This document shows positions 47,007 through 56,720 of a stretch of 64,000 nucleotides of DNA, piece after piece. The notes below the pieces were generated by a model, which worked only from the letters and a program-made list of their open reading frames with translations, was not told where the DNA came from and made no database searches. How positions within the stretch are numbered: position 1 is the stretch's first letter; each line of letters starts with the position of its first letter. A program made the position numbers and the translations under genes. This DNA comes from Pseudomonas phage NH-4: the sequence record JN254800.1; one strand, written 5' to 3'.

Positions 47007-48008
47007 TTACTTCACGAACATTTTCTTGGCCTTCTGATAAGACGAAGAAGTCATCAGGCGCTCGATGACGTCCATGTCAGAAACCAGATCGTCCAGAAGG
47101 ACGTTGCGCCAGGTAGCGAACCGGCCGAGCGAGAAGATGCCAGCCTCATGGGTGAGATTCCAGATCATGGATTCGCGCTCGTCGCGACCGAGCGGAATGA
47201 TTTTGCCTTTGGTCTGGATGGTCGGCTCGCCATCTTCGATGAGATGCCTTTTCCTGATGCCGAAGGCCGCGCAAACGTAATCCATATCCCAGTCGCTGTC
47301 CCATTCGATGGTTTCGATTTTACCATCTAAAGTCTCCACTATCCCCTTAGTGATGGATTCGACGATCAGAGTATCACCGGTGATGGACGCTCGAAACGTT
47401 CCCACTTTAGGACCAGGGAAATACACGGTCTGGAAGACATCACAGGGGATGGAAAGCTTGTATCGACTCACGATGATGGAGGTGCCTTCACCGAATGACG
47501 GGTCGATTCCCAGGTCCAGCCCTGCCGCAGCCAGATTGGCGCGGAACGGCGCGGTGCTGATGATATTCACGTGGTCATCTTGCCGGCGAAGATACTGGAA
47601 GAAAGAGGCGTCGAAAGGACGGCTCCAAGTGATACGATTCGCAAGCTTAGCCACCAGCTGCTCATAGTAGTCGGCCGGTGCGATCCAACGCTTTTCAGTC
47701 GCCAGATTCCAGATGGACCGGTCCGACAGGCCGCCCGTTACTTTCCTGGAGTACATGTTGCAGTGGTCGATACGCGGCTGGGAAATGAACTCGCCGTCGA
47801 TGTAGATAGCCTTGTGTACGGTGACTTCGCGGAATGGGATGCCGGTGAGCTGGCCGATGACTGGCGAGCGGAATCGCAGAAGTGCGTTGTGGCGCTCCTT
47901 ATTCTCCGGCGTCGCCGCGTCGATGATTTGGGCTTGAGGAAAGCGATGCGCGGCGATCAGTCCGGCGAGTCCGGCGCCCACGATGATAACTTTCTGATCA
48001 GGAATCAT
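47007..48008 (-). CDS. FAD/NAD(P)-binding oxidoreductase
   Basis: N-terminal Rossmann GxGxxG motif KVIIVGAGLAGLIAAHRF. RBS AAGGGA 6 nt before the chosen ATG. Confidence 0.7.
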   Translation of the reverse strand: MIPDQKVIIVGAGLAGLIAAHRFPQAQIIDAATPENKERHNALLRFRSPVIGQLTGIPFREVTVHKAIYIDGEFISQPRIDHCNMYSRKVTGGLSDRSIWNLATEKRWIAPADYYEQLVAKLANRITWSRPFDASFFQYLRRQDDHVNIISTAPFRANLAAAGLDLGIDPSFGEGTSIIVSRYKLSIPCDVFQTVYFPGPKVGTFRASITGDTLIVESITKGIVETLDGKIETIEWDSDWDMDYVCAAFGIRKRHLIEDGEPTIQTKGKIIPLGRDERESMIWNLTHEAGIFSLGRFATWRNVLLDDLVSDMDVIERLMTSSSYQKAKKMFVK

Positions 48009-48043
48009 GATGTGTCCCTTATGAGTGTACAAAACTTGAGAGG

Positions 48044-48076
48044 ATAAAAAAGGGACCCATTTTCATGAGTCCCTTG
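48044..48076 (-). terminator. rho-independent terminator after ER/K-repeat gene
   Basis: aagggac/gtccctt stem followed on the - strand by TTTTTTATCC. Confidence 0.6.
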
Positions 48077-48112
48077 AAGAGCTAGACGATTCAGGCTCAG
48101 AGGAGCGGCGGC

Positions 48113-48997
48113 TTACTCCTCCTCACCTTCGGAACCATCGGCGCCCTGATCTTCACCGTCGTGCTCCTGGCCTTCGTCATCGGCCTTCTCGTCATCGCCC
48201 TGGCCAGCTTCGTCTTCCTTCGAAGCGATGGCAACCAGATCGACCCAGCCCATGATTTCCAGCTTGCTCAGGTAGCTGCGGACAGAGGTGCCATAGAGCA
48301 GATGGGCCACCTTCTCGCCGAAGGCTTCGATTTCGACCGGCTCACCAACGGTGCAGTGCTCGTTGATGTAAGCGAACACCTTGCCGCGAGTCGAGAAGGC
48401 CTGCGGAGTGCCATGGCCGTCGCCGGTCGGGATGAAGTGGGTGGCGCGGGGGCGACGCGAGCCATTGGACTTCAGGTCTTCGCGGCGGGCTTCGGCCTTC
48501 TTACGGCGCTCTTCCTGCTCTTCCTTGCGGCGCTGCTTCTCGGCTTCGCGCTCGGCCTTCTTCTGCTCGGCCAGGCGCTTGCGCTCTTCTTCGCGAGCGA
48601 CTTTCTGAGCTTCCTGGGCGGCCTTCTTCTCTTCGGCCTTTTTGGCGCGCTCGGCTTCCTTCTCGGCCTTCTTCTGCTCGCGCTCGGCTTCCTTGGCCTT
48701 CGCCTTCTCGGCCTGCTCGGCTTCCTTCAACTTGGCCTTTTCAGCACGCTCGGCCTCCTTGGCGGCGGCCTTTTCCTTCGCCTTCTCGGCGCGCTCTGCT
48801 TCCTTCTTCTCACGCTCGGCCTTGCGCTTCTCTTCGCGCTCGGCTTTCTTCTGTTCGGCTTCCTTGGCCTTGGCCTCGGCCTTCTCGGCGCGCTCGCGCT
48901 CTTTACGTTGACGCTCGGCGGCCTTCTCGGCCTTGCGCAGGGCGGCTGCTTGTTCCTTGGTCAGCTCTTCGCCTTGGGTCTGTTCGTTCTGGTCCAT
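48113..48997 (-). CDS. charged ER/K-repeat protein (about 190 aa of AEKAKEAER-type repeats, TolA domain II-like single alpha helix) with C-terminal globular domain and acidic tail
   Basis: Repeats (A/E)(K/R)A(E/K)KEAER across aa 20-185. Globular region KVFAYINEHCTVGEPVEIEAFGEKVAHLLYG..., then a C-terminal DDEKADDEGQEHDGEDQGADGSEGEEE tail. Confidence 0.55.
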   Translation of the reverse strand: MDQNEQTQGEELTKEQAAALRKAEKAAERQRKERERAEKAEAKAKEAEQKKAEREEKRKAEREKKEAERAEKAKEKAAAKEAERAEKAKLKEAEQAEKAKAKEAEREQKKAEKEAERAKKAEEKKAAQEAQKVAREEERKRLAEQKKAEREAEKQRRKEEQEERRKKAEARREDLKSNGSRRPRATHFIPTGDGHGTPQAFSTRGKVFAYINEHCTVGEPVEIEAFGEKVAHLLYGTSVRSYLSKLEIMGWVDLVAIASKEDEAGQGDDEKADDEGQEHDGEDQGADGSEGEEE

Positions 48998-49159
48998 GTT
49001 CTTACTCCAGGAATGTTTGAAATGATGGCTTATTGGCCTGTGAGAGGATTATCTCTAAACTAATTGAAGAAGGGAATACCTTTCGCCTGAACTTCTCTAA
49101 ATATTTTTTCTTTCGGGAAAGTCCAGACTCCAGGGAACTTATTTATGTTAGCGAAGTTT

Positions 49160-50347
49160 TTAACTCTTACGCAAAAACAACAAGTATTCAATTGCGCGAG
49201 TTATCCCAGTATACATCAACTGACTATAAGGGATGGACGGCAAGTTTTCTTCCAACATGGCGACCCGTTTCCATTCCGATCCCTGCGACTTATGGAACGT
49301 CATCGCCCAGCCGAAGTCGAATCCGCCAATGGCCTTCTGTGCCTCCAGCCGCACATCTTCCTCAACCGAAAAGCTAAGAGGATTGAACTTCACCCAGCGC
49401 TCATAGTTCGTGCCGATAATGCGAACTTTGGCAAACAGCATTTCATCCGGCTCGTCATCATCTTCTTGGCCTTCGGGGACCGGCTTGAAGTCCAGCAGAA
49501 TTGCTTGCTCGCCGTTCATGATGCCATATTCGTGCTGGTTCCCGGTGCACACCAGCTTCTCGCCGATTTCCGGTTGTACACCCTTGTAGCCGAGGATGCG
49601 GCGCGCCCTGGCGTTCAAACGGCGGCGAGTATTGTTGTAGGCGCAAAGGATCACGCCATCATCGTCCAAGAACGTCCGCATTTCGTCGTCCGACATGTCG
49701 AATCCGGCCCGTACCAGGATGTCGTCATACTCGCGGCAGGGTAGGCGCTTGCCCTGGCGGACGAACATCGACGCCCGAACGATATTGCCGGCGTTGCGCT
49801 CGATTTCGGTCATGATGGTGTCACAGCTGTTCTCATGGAAAATCTGGACGCCGCGCACAGGAGGAACTTGGCCAAAGTCACCAATCTCCAGAACCGGAAT
49901 CCGGTGCGACAGCAAGCGCTCTTCATCCCACTCGCCGATCATGGACGACTCGTCGAGCACGACCAACTTCGGCTTCTCGTCGAGCGAGTCTTTGTTGGCA
50001 AACATGATTTCGCCGTCTTCATCTTCACCAATCGGCCGATAGATGAAGCTGTGGAGGGTCCGGGCATTGGTGCAGCCCTTCTCGCGAAGCCGCGCTGCTG
50101 CTTTCCCGGTTGGCGCGACGAAGACTGTCCAGTCCATCGAGCAGCAAAGTTCGGCGATTATCTTCGCGATGGAAGTCTTACCAGTTCCGGCGAAACCAGC
50201 GAGTCGATAGACCTGGCGGCGGTGCGCTCGATCACACCAACCGCGATACCAGTCCACAACGGAATTGATCGCGTCGATCTGCTGACTGTTTGGTCGAAAG
50301 CCGAATCGCTCTTCGATCTGATCGACGGTGAAGTTAGATGCTGACAT
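49160..50347 (-). CDS. Dda/RecD-like (SF1B) 5'-3' DNA helicase
   Basis: Walker A GFAGTGKT, motif II LVVLDESSMIG, motif V/VI TFHKSQGSEW. ATG with RBS GGAGAA. Confidence 0.8.
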   Translation of the reverse strand: MSASNFTVDQIEERFGFRPNSQQIDAINSVVDWYRGWCDRAHRRQVYRLAGFAGTGKTSIAKIIAELCCSMDWTVFVAPTGKAAARLREKGCTNARTLHSFIYRPIGEDEDGEIMFANKDSLDEKPKLVVLDESSMIGEWDEERLLSHRIPVLEIGDFGQVPPVRGVQIFHENSCDTIMTEIERNAGNIVRASMFVRQGKRLPCREYDDILVRAGFDMSDDEMRTFLDDDGVILCAYNNTRRRLNARARRILGYKGVQPEIGEKLVCTGNQHEYGIMNGEQAILLDFKPVPEGQEDDDEPDEMLFAKVRIIGTNYERWVKFNPLSFSVEEDVRLEAQKAIGGFDFGWAMTFHKSQGSEWKRVAMLEENLPSIPYSQLMYTGITRAIEYLLFLRKS

Positions 50348-50756
50348 ATTTGCGTTCTCCAACGCTAGGTTTAATTGAATCGAGGCTCAGTTTAAGCACG
50401 CCGTCCACAGACCAGCCAGTATCACGACGATACTTGCGGCCTTGCGGATCGACATAGAAGTTCTTCGTGCGCCGCAGCAGAACATAATGCCAAGCAGCTC
50501 CAAGCGCGTGGACCCTTCCTTTATACGGGAAAGCCTTCGCCTGCTCTGCGGCCTCTTTGGCCCCAGGGAGCCAGCGGACGGTCGAAAGGACCAGGACCGC
50601 ACCCTTAATAGCCTGGGAAGCGGCGCGGCCGTCCTTTGGGCTATAGCGATGTCTATCGAAGTCTACCCAGTGGTGGTTGCCGCGCCGGAGCTTGACCGTT
50701 CGGGATCGCCCCTCGAACACCACAGTGCCTTCGTGAGTTAAAATATGTTCCGCCAT
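50334..50756 (-). CDS. hypothetical protein (140 aa)
   Basis: First gene of the - strand block, in the divergent promoter region. Confidence 0.45.
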   Translation of the reverse strand: MAEHILTHEGTVVFEGRSRTVKLRRGNHHWVDFDRHRYSPKDGRAASQAIKGAVLVLSTVRWLPGAKEAAEQAKAFPYKGRVHALGAAWHYVLLRRTKNFYVDPQGRKYRRDTGWSVDGVLKLSLDSIKPSVGERKYVSI

Positions 50757-50784
50757 CGAATGTTCCTTTATAACGTACAGTTAT

Positions 50785-50875
50785 GCTTTACCTCTGCGCA
50801 GGAAGAGTATACTATCAGCTGACTCGCCAAAGCGAGCGAATTTAATCCAACTTTACTTCGGCAGGAAAGTGGCCG
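50785..50875 (+). promoter_or_regulatory. tandem sigma70-like promoters for + strand replication block (GCTTTACC N17 TATACT; CTTTACTT N17 GATACT)
   Basis: The same TTTAC(C/T) -35 element as the early promoters. Located 50-140 nt upstream of ATG 50925. Confidence 0.45.
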
Positions 50876-50924
50876 ATACTAGCGCCGCCGCCTGTACTGC
50901 CCTCCAAAACAGAGGATACATTAA

Positions 50925-51710
50925 ATGCAAGAATGCAAGATTTACCGCGACCAACTCCCGGTCGGTAACCCGAATCCCAATGTCGACAAGACCCGCGACC
51001 CGAACCTTAAGCCCGGTTTCCTGCGTCGCAGTCGCGAGCTGGACCCGGCGCTGGCCGTTCGCATCCGTCGCGAGCTGATCCACGCCGAAGCATCCGACTT
51101 GGCCAAGGCCGGATGGGTCAATTCACAGTCCAGCCTTTATGGATCGAAAGCCTTCCCGCGCCATTCCGTCGTTCGCGTGACCGGAGTTCCGGAAGATGGA
51201 GCTTTCATCGGCATGCTGATCGGCTTCATCGAGCATCGCGAGCATGGCGAATGGGCGGTCATGGAAGCCGGAACGAAAGAAGGCGGCGCCGTCATTATTC
51301 CAGTCGATCACATCATGCGAGCGTCATTCGCCGAAGCCGAAGAGTTCTCTGAAAAGTGGGAGCGGAACCTGGGATGGCGTCTGCTGCGCCAGCTCCGCGA
51401 GTGCGGCGCCCTTGCCGGGACTGAAGACGAGTTTCTGCGGCGGATCATCAATCGATACGTTCGTGATCGCACGATCCTCGATCACCACAAAGTCGGCGCG
51501 GACAAAATCTACACTGATGCAGTGCTCAAAAGCATCGGCGAAACATGGCCGAAGATTCCTTCGGGGAAATTCGTCGGACACCGAGTCGCGCAGCTCCTGA
51601 TCGGCCACAAGCTAGGTCGAGCGGGGACCATCCTGAATGACCTGGTGGACTTCTTGGAGAAGTTCGCGGCCGGGCGCGATAAAGTTCTCAACATCGCCAT
51701 CTGTAATTGA
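50925..51710 (+). CDS. hypothetical protein (261 aa)
   Basis: RBS AGAGGA. Confidence 0.5.
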   Translation: MQECKIYRDQLPVGNPNPNVDKTRDPNLKPGFLRRSRELDPALAVRIRRELIHAEASDLAKAGWVNSQSSLYGSKAFPRHSVVRVTGVPEDGAFIGMLIGFIEHREHGEWAVMEAGTKEGGAVIIPVDHIMRASFAEAEEFSEKWERNLGWRLLRQLRECGALAGTEDEFLRRIINRYVRDRTILDHHKVGADKIYTDAVLKSIGETWPKIPSGKFVGHRVAQLLIGHKLGRAGTILNDLVDFLEKFAAGRDKVLNIAICN

Positions 51711-51720
51711 GGTGAATGGC

Positions 51721-52497
51721 ATGTATAATAAACCGACTTTGAATCACCACCATCAAACCGCATTGTTATATCTGTATAACAATCCCGATCAGCCGGCCTT
51801 CACAGACCCCAACAATCAGGCGCTAAATGAACTTCGGCAGATGGGGTATGTAAAGGCGAAAAAATTCGAAAACTGGGCAGGCACCGGCCATCTTAGGATG
51901 GAATGGACGCTCACCAAGGCCGGGATTGAGCGCGTCGAAGTCGGGTTTCTGGGGAAGTGCGCCGCTTGCAAGGGAATCGGTCAGACGTTGCTTCGGGGGA
52001 AGTGTACTGTTTGCAATGGCCGCGGCCAGGGGTGGATCAGCGAATGGTCGCAGAAGCCAATCGAAGATAATCCTCAAATCGTCCCAAAGTTCGAAAAGAC
52101 AGATGCGAATCGGCTAGCAGACGCCATTGAAGAAATCGCCCGGCTGGAAAAGGCACTGGCCGAATCCGAAAAGCGCGGGAGCGAACTGGCCGCGAGCTAT
52201 TGCGATGGCGTGATCGGCGATGAATACGGCCATCCTCATTGTCGTTATAAAGTGGAGCGCGACGCCGCCCTGGCCGAAGTCGAGCGCCTGCGAGAATCAA
52301 AAGGCGATCCCTCTGGCAGCTTCGACAGATGTATGAAGATGATGTACGAGCGAGACGAGAAAGCAAAACAGCTGGAAGTCGCCCTGGCCAGGGTCGCGGA
52401 GCTGGAAACGGCTCTGGCACCATTCGCAGCGGTTGCCCAACCACAGCCGTGCACGCAACCACAGGCCCATCCTGCTCGCTGTGGTTGCGAGCGGTAA
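51721..52497 (+). CDS. zinc-ribbon plus coiled-coil protein (possible regulator)
   Basis: CAACKG...CTVCNG Cys4 motif followed by a long helical region. RBS GAGGTGA. Confidence 0.45.
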   Translation: MYNKPTLNHHHQTALLYLYNNPDQPAFTDPNNQALNELRQMGYVKAKKFENWAGTGHLRMEWTLTKAGIERVEVGFLGKCAACKGIGQTLLRGKCTVCNGRGQGWISEWSQKPIEDNPQIVPKFEKTDANRLADAIEEIARLEKALAESEKRGSELAASYCDGVIGDEYGHPHCRYKVERDAALAEVERLRESKGDPSGSFDRCMKMMYERDEKAKQLEVALARVAELETALAPFAAVAQPQPCTQPQAHPARCGCER

Positions 52498-52520
52498 GTG
52501 CCAAGTAAGGAGTTCATGTA

Positions 52521-52970
52521 ATGGAACAGAAGAAACCTTCACCAGTAGATGGAGTCATCATGACCAGCCTCGACGTTCTCCGGAAAGCGAAGCCCGAAGC
52601 ACAGGACGAGTATGCCGTGTCCATGTTCGCAACGGCGATTCGCCAGAAACTGCAACGCTCCCGCGATAAAGGCCGAGGCGGCTGGATCGACTGCGACGAA
52701 GATATTCTGATCAACGGATTCGCCGAACATGCGCTGAAGGGAAATGAGAACAACCTCTTGGACCTGGCGACGTTCCTGATGTTCATGTGGGTGCGCGGCA
52801 TCGATGATGCGAAGATTCCCCCGGCGCTCGAAAAGGCGCGACAGCACAAGATCATGGAAGCCTGGAGTCGAATCCATGAAGATGGCCTAAACTCCGCCAG
52901 AAAGGCGAGTGCTGCGCGACAGTTCGTGGAAGTGCCTCGACGCAAGGGGCGCCCGGAGCGACTTGCATGA
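52521..52970 (+). CDS. hypothetical protein (149 aa)
   Basis: RBS AAGGAG. Confidence 0.45.
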   Translation: MEQKKPSPVDGVIMTSLDVLRKAKPEAQDEYAVSMFATAIRQKLQRSRDKGRGGWIDCDEDILINGFAEHALKGNENNLLDLATFLMFMWVRGIDDAKIPPALEKARQHKIMEAWSRIHEDGLNSARKASAARQFVEVPRRKGRPERLA

Positions 52971-54043
52971 AGCCTCACGAAATAAGACTGGCACAGGCCG
53001 AAGAGTTCCTGCGCGAACTCGGCCGAGGGATTCCGGACGACGAACGGGTAATGGTCGGCTACGCTGAAGAGGCCACAGTCCAAACCGACGAGAACGGCCG
53101 CAAGCTCAACGCCGGCTGGTGGCCCGTGCCCTGGAAGGAAGGCAAGTACATCAATTCCAGATCCAACGCATATGCCTGTATCTCGTCGTCCATCAAGACG
53201 CCCAACCCGAAGACCGGCCAGATGCGATACTGGCGCGGCGAGGCCTCTTTCGGCCACGGCCTGGCGTTAATGGTCGATGACATCGGCTCCGGCAAAGGGT
53301 CCAAGGGCGACTTCGACCGCGACGAGTTCCGCGAGCGCCTAGAGCCGACCGCGATTGTGGAGACTTCGCCGAACAACTACCAGTTCTGGTATTTCTTCAA
53401 AGAGCCGATGTCCCACATGCTCCAGTTCAAGGCGCTGCTCTATTCGTTCGTGGACCAGGTGCTAAAGAAAGGCGGCGACAACACCGTCAAGGACGTCAGC
53501 CGTTACGGCCGGATGCCATTCGGCTTCAACAACAAGCGCGGGGAAGACGGCAAGTTCAAATATGCCGACGAAAACGGCAAGCCCGAACTCGTGCGACTGT
53601 TCAGTGCCGACTATTCCAAGCGCTACTCGCCAGAAGAGATCGCCCAGGCATTCGGCGTCCGCATCATCATGCCACAGATGAAGAAGGTGGAGATAAACCG
53701 CGACGATTGGTTGTATGACCAAGTATGGTTGAAGTATGCCGAGCACATCTGCACGAAATACAAGATGGGAGAAGCGGCAGGCGGCCAGGTCCAGCAGAAT
53801 ATGTCCGGCAAATACCGCATCCGCTGTCCCTGGGGCGACGAGCACACCAACGGCGATCCTTTCGGCGCATACTTTCGCGGACCGATACCTGGCGCCGAGC
53901 ACGAATATGTGTTCGGATGCGGGCACGATACTTGCCGCAAAGAGCATCGACGGACATGGGCGGCCTTCACCGATGAAGTCGTCCTGCCCTATATCGTAGA
54001 ACAATTGGAACGCATTAACCGCCGTCACATCGGTGAGGAGTAG
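52967..54043 (+). CDS. archaeo-eukaryotic primase (AEP/Prim-Pol) domain protein with C-terminal zinc-binding region
   Basis: hhhDhD motif LMVDDIGSG and sxH-like SPNNYQFWYFF, with C-terminal CPWGDEH...CGHDTC. Confidence 0.6.
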   Translation: MKPHEIRLAQAEEFLRELGRGIPDDERVMVGYAEEATVQTDENGRKLNAGWWPVPWKEGKYINSRSNAYACISSSIKTPNPKTGQMRYWRGEASFGHGLALMVDDIGSGKGSKGDFDRDEFRERLEPTAIVETSPNNYQFWYFFKEPMSHMLQFKALLYSFVDQVLKKGGDNTVKDVSRYGRMPFGFNNKRGEDGKFKYADENGKPELVRLFSADYSKRYSPEEIAQAFGVRIIMPQMKKVEINRDDWLYDQVWLKYAEHICTKYKMGEAAGGQVQQNMSGKYRIRCPWGDEHTNGDPFGAYFRGPIPGAEHEYVFGCGHDTCRKEHRRTWAAFTDEVVLPYIVEQLERINRRHIGEE

Positions 54044-54048
54044 ACAAT

Positions 54049-54234
54049 ATGCAAAACGATCCTGGAATCCTGATCACAGCCATTGGCTTGCTGTTCCTCG
54101 GCCTTATCATCTTCTTCGAAGGCCTAAAGGGGTGGAAAATACAAGTCGCAAACTTCCTCGCGTCGCTTCTGTGCTTTTTCTTCGGCCTTTCTGCTTTGAC
54201 GTTCTGGTTCGTCGTTGCGTTTGACGTATTTTAA
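54049..54234 (+). CDS. small 2-TM membrane protein (61 aa)
   Basis: GAGGAG 8 nt upstream. ILITAIGLLFLGLIIFF and FLASLLCFFFGLSALTFWFVVAF. Confidence 0.4.
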   Translation: MQNDPGILITAIGLLFLGLIIFFEGLKGWKIQVANFLASLLCFFFGLSALTFWFVVAFDVF

Positions 54235-54381
54235 TCGACGAACGGTACAGAAATTTTCGGATGGGGACGGAACTTATTAGCTATGCCGGTTTAGGTAGGA
54301 GATAATAGCCGTCCCTTTCGCCTCAATATGTAGAGGCAATGTTGAATCCGATCATGTAAAGCAGAAGGCGGCAAACCTAAC

Positions 54382-56121
54382 ATGATTATCGACGAAGATA
54401 ATATTTTTGATGATGGCGAATCAGGGTCCAGTGAGTTTGATCTCACACAGATAGAAGATGCTGGAATGGACCCTTTGATGACCGCCGCGAGCAAGGCGGC
54501 CGATGATGCGATTGCGAGGAATGAGACGTACCGAGCACAAAAGGCGGCAAAGTATGCCGAGGCGTATGCGGAACCAGATCTGAAGAAGCGAGCGCGATTG
54601 TTGATGCTCGATCAGGCCTTTGATCTTCCGGTCAGCCGGCTGGTGAAAGGACCGTTCGACGACTTCATCACAAAGTACAGCTCTACTTCAGACAGCAACT
54701 ACCTCGCGGTCTATGATACTTTGTTCTGTAAGGGCGACGGAACTGTCCCACACCCGCACTTCGACGAGTTTCGCGGCCGGCTGGTGGACCATCGCGGCGT
54801 GGCGTTCAACAACAAGACCCTCGATCCGATTGACCTGATGGGCGCCCTCGCGGCTGCGGCCTTGGACGATCCCTCGATTAAGAAGACGATTGAGACTTGC
54901 TGCGTTTGGGCGCGTCGATATCGCCGCAACTCGCTGATCGAGACGTTTGAGAAGAAGATACCGGATTGGGACGGCGAAGAGCGGATCGAAACGCTGCTGA
55001 TCGACTTGTTCAAACCGTTCGACACCGAGCTTAACCGGATGGTGAGCAAGTATTTCTGGCTGAGCTTGTACTGCCGCATCAACTACCCTGGAATCTCGGC
55101 GCCGATTTCGTTGGCGTTGATTGGTGGGCAGGATGCGGGGAAATCATATTTCGGCTTGCTGATCTGTAAGGAACTGTCCGGTGGGCGCGATCTGGCTCCA
55201 GTTCAGCTCGACCTGAGCCGACACGACCAGACGCCGTTCCTGCGCAACATCACCGGCAACTCGGTTATTGCGAACGTCGGCGAAATGTCCGGCTTCAAAA
55301 AGGGCGACATGGAACGCATCAAAGAATTCCTGGTGCGATCTTCGGATACATTCGATCAGAAGTTTGAGCCTGGCGAAACGATCAAGCGACAATGGATCAC
55401 CATCATGGACGGCAACGGATACGATGGACTCCAGCGGGACGACTCCGGCAACCGTCGATTCTATCCGATGTTCGTGGCACAACTTCCCGACGAAGATGGA
55501 AAGCCGAACTGGGTTAAGCCGGGCGATGGTAATGAACCGTTCAAGGTGGACTTCACCGACTTCGGCCGCAAATTCTGGCAAGCGATGGCTGAATGCCGCG
55601 CATGGATCGAAGAGCATGGTGTCGATGGATACCTGGATATGGTGTCGGAAGCGAACCGCGAAGTGCAGAAGTTCTCTATTTCGGAAATGGAGAATGCGCG
55701 TGGCGTGGTTCGTGATGACACGATTGATATGTATCTGATCAACGTGCTGATCAGTTGCGAGTTCGAAGAGATCAAGCCTGGCAGGAATTCAAAGAATCCT
55801 GGATGGAGAGTTGACACTGTAGCCATTCTGAAATGGTTCGATATTCTCGCCAGGAAGAAGCCGATTTCTCGCCACTTAACTCCGCACCTGAAGGCGCTGG
55901 GGTTCGTCCCGAACAAGAACGGCCTGGCTGGTTGGTGCCTGCCCGTCGATAAGGTTGCGCCTGGATGGACGAATAGTATGCAAACCACGCTGCCGCCGTT
56001 CAATGATGCGCTTGTGTACTTGCTGAGGAAGGGCGACCCGGATATCACTGATGAGGCCGCCATGGCAAAGATTCGGGCAGTCCGGGCCGAGCGAGCCAAG
56101 ATTTTGGGCGAGGATTTCTGA
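54382..56121 (+). CDS. D5-like SF3 helicase (phage/plasmid primase C-terminal helicase, P-loop NTPase)
   Basis: Walker A IGGQDAGKS. 579 aa following the AEP primase gene. Confidence 0.6.
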   Translation: MIIDEDNIFDDGESGSSEFDLTQIEDAGMDPLMTAASKAADDAIARNETYRAQKAAKYAEAYAEPDLKKRARLLMLDQAFDLPVSRLVKGPFDDFITKYSSTSDSNYLAVYDTLFCKGDGTVPHPHFDEFRGRLVDHRGVAFNNKTLDPIDLMGALAAAALDDPSIKKTIETCCVWARRYRRNSLIETFEKKIPDWDGEERIETLLIDLFKPFDTELNRMVSKYFWLSLYCRINYPGISAPISLALIGGQDAGKSYFGLLICKELSGGRDLAPVQLDLSRHDQTPFLRNITGNSVIANVGEMSGFKKGDMERIKEFLVRSSDTFDQKFEPGETIKRQWITIMDGNGYDGLQRDDSGNRRFYPMFVAQLPDEDGKPNWVKPGDGNEPFKVDFTDFGRKFWQAMAECRAWIEEHGVDGYLDMVSEANREVQKFSISEMENARGVVRDDTIDMYLINVLISCEFEEIKPGRNSKNPGWRVDTVAILKWFDILARKKPISRHLTPHLKALGFVPNKNGLAGWCLPVDKVAPGWTNSMQTTLPPFNDALVYLLRKGDPDITDEAAMAKIRAVRAERAKILGEDF

Positions 56122-56144
56122 TGTAGTGGTTGAGTGTACTTGGA

Positions 56145-56178
56145 CTAGGCCGCCTTCGGGCGGTCTTTTCTTTGGTGC
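56145..56178 (+). terminator. rho-independent terminator after helicase gene
   Basis: ggccgcc-ttcg-ggcggtc hairpin followed by TTTTCTTTGG. Confidence 0.65.
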
Positions 56179-56369
56179 GGCGTACATTAGATTCCGGCGT
56201 TGGGCGGGATTGGTAGAAGTGAATACAGTAATTTGGACCAGTTTCGAGCGCGAAAATGGAAAGTCGATAGATTTTCGGTATCGGTTTAGCGTGTATGGTG
56301 GATGGATTTTGCGTGAAATGTTGAGAAATTGCGTGTTTGAGGTGGACTTTTCGTGGGAAATAGCCGCAA

Positions 56370-56720
56370 ATTACTGTATAGCGATTCTGAGCGGTAATTT
56401 GGGAAGCCTACTGCCGCGTGGGTTAGCGGGCCAATTTCCTAATTTCCGGTTTTTCGAGCATGGGTTAAAACTATTCTACAGCGAAAATCGATTGCACAAT
56501 CCTAATAGAAAAAATCTATCACGGACGTTACCTATCTTTAAAATTAATAAAATTAATAGTAATTTGGTAATTTGGTAAACTTTAGTATTTGAAAGCCTCG
56601 CGGCACTAAGCTTGTACATATCCCGTCAAGTTTCCGATTCCAGCTAGCTCGCGGCAGGGTCGCCGGAAACTTCCGGACTTACAATCCATGGGTCGCGGCA
56701 ACACCACGGCGGACTAAGCG
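56370..56720. repeat. AT-rich non-coding cassette copy 2 (homologous to 10545-10880) with imperfect inverted 17-mers (56404-56420 / 56597-56613)
   Basis: Shares left block GTAATTTGG.AAGCCTACTGCCGCG.GG...TTCCTAATTTCCG and right block TGGTAATTTGG...TTGAAAG.CTCGCGGCA.TA.GCTT...ATCCCGT.AAGTTTCCGA with copy 1. Confidence 0.65.

Noticed and set aside
48161-49063. 300-aa Leu/Gly/Phe-rich + strand ORF
   Set aside because: It is the mirror image of the ER/K repeat gene on the - strand, which has its own promoter, terminator and globular C-terminal domain.
56051-56578. 175-aa + strand ORF crossing the helicase terminator and the AT-rich cassette
   Set aside because: It runs through a strong terminator hairpin, has no RBS at plausible starts, and the homologous cassette copy 1 has stops in all frames.
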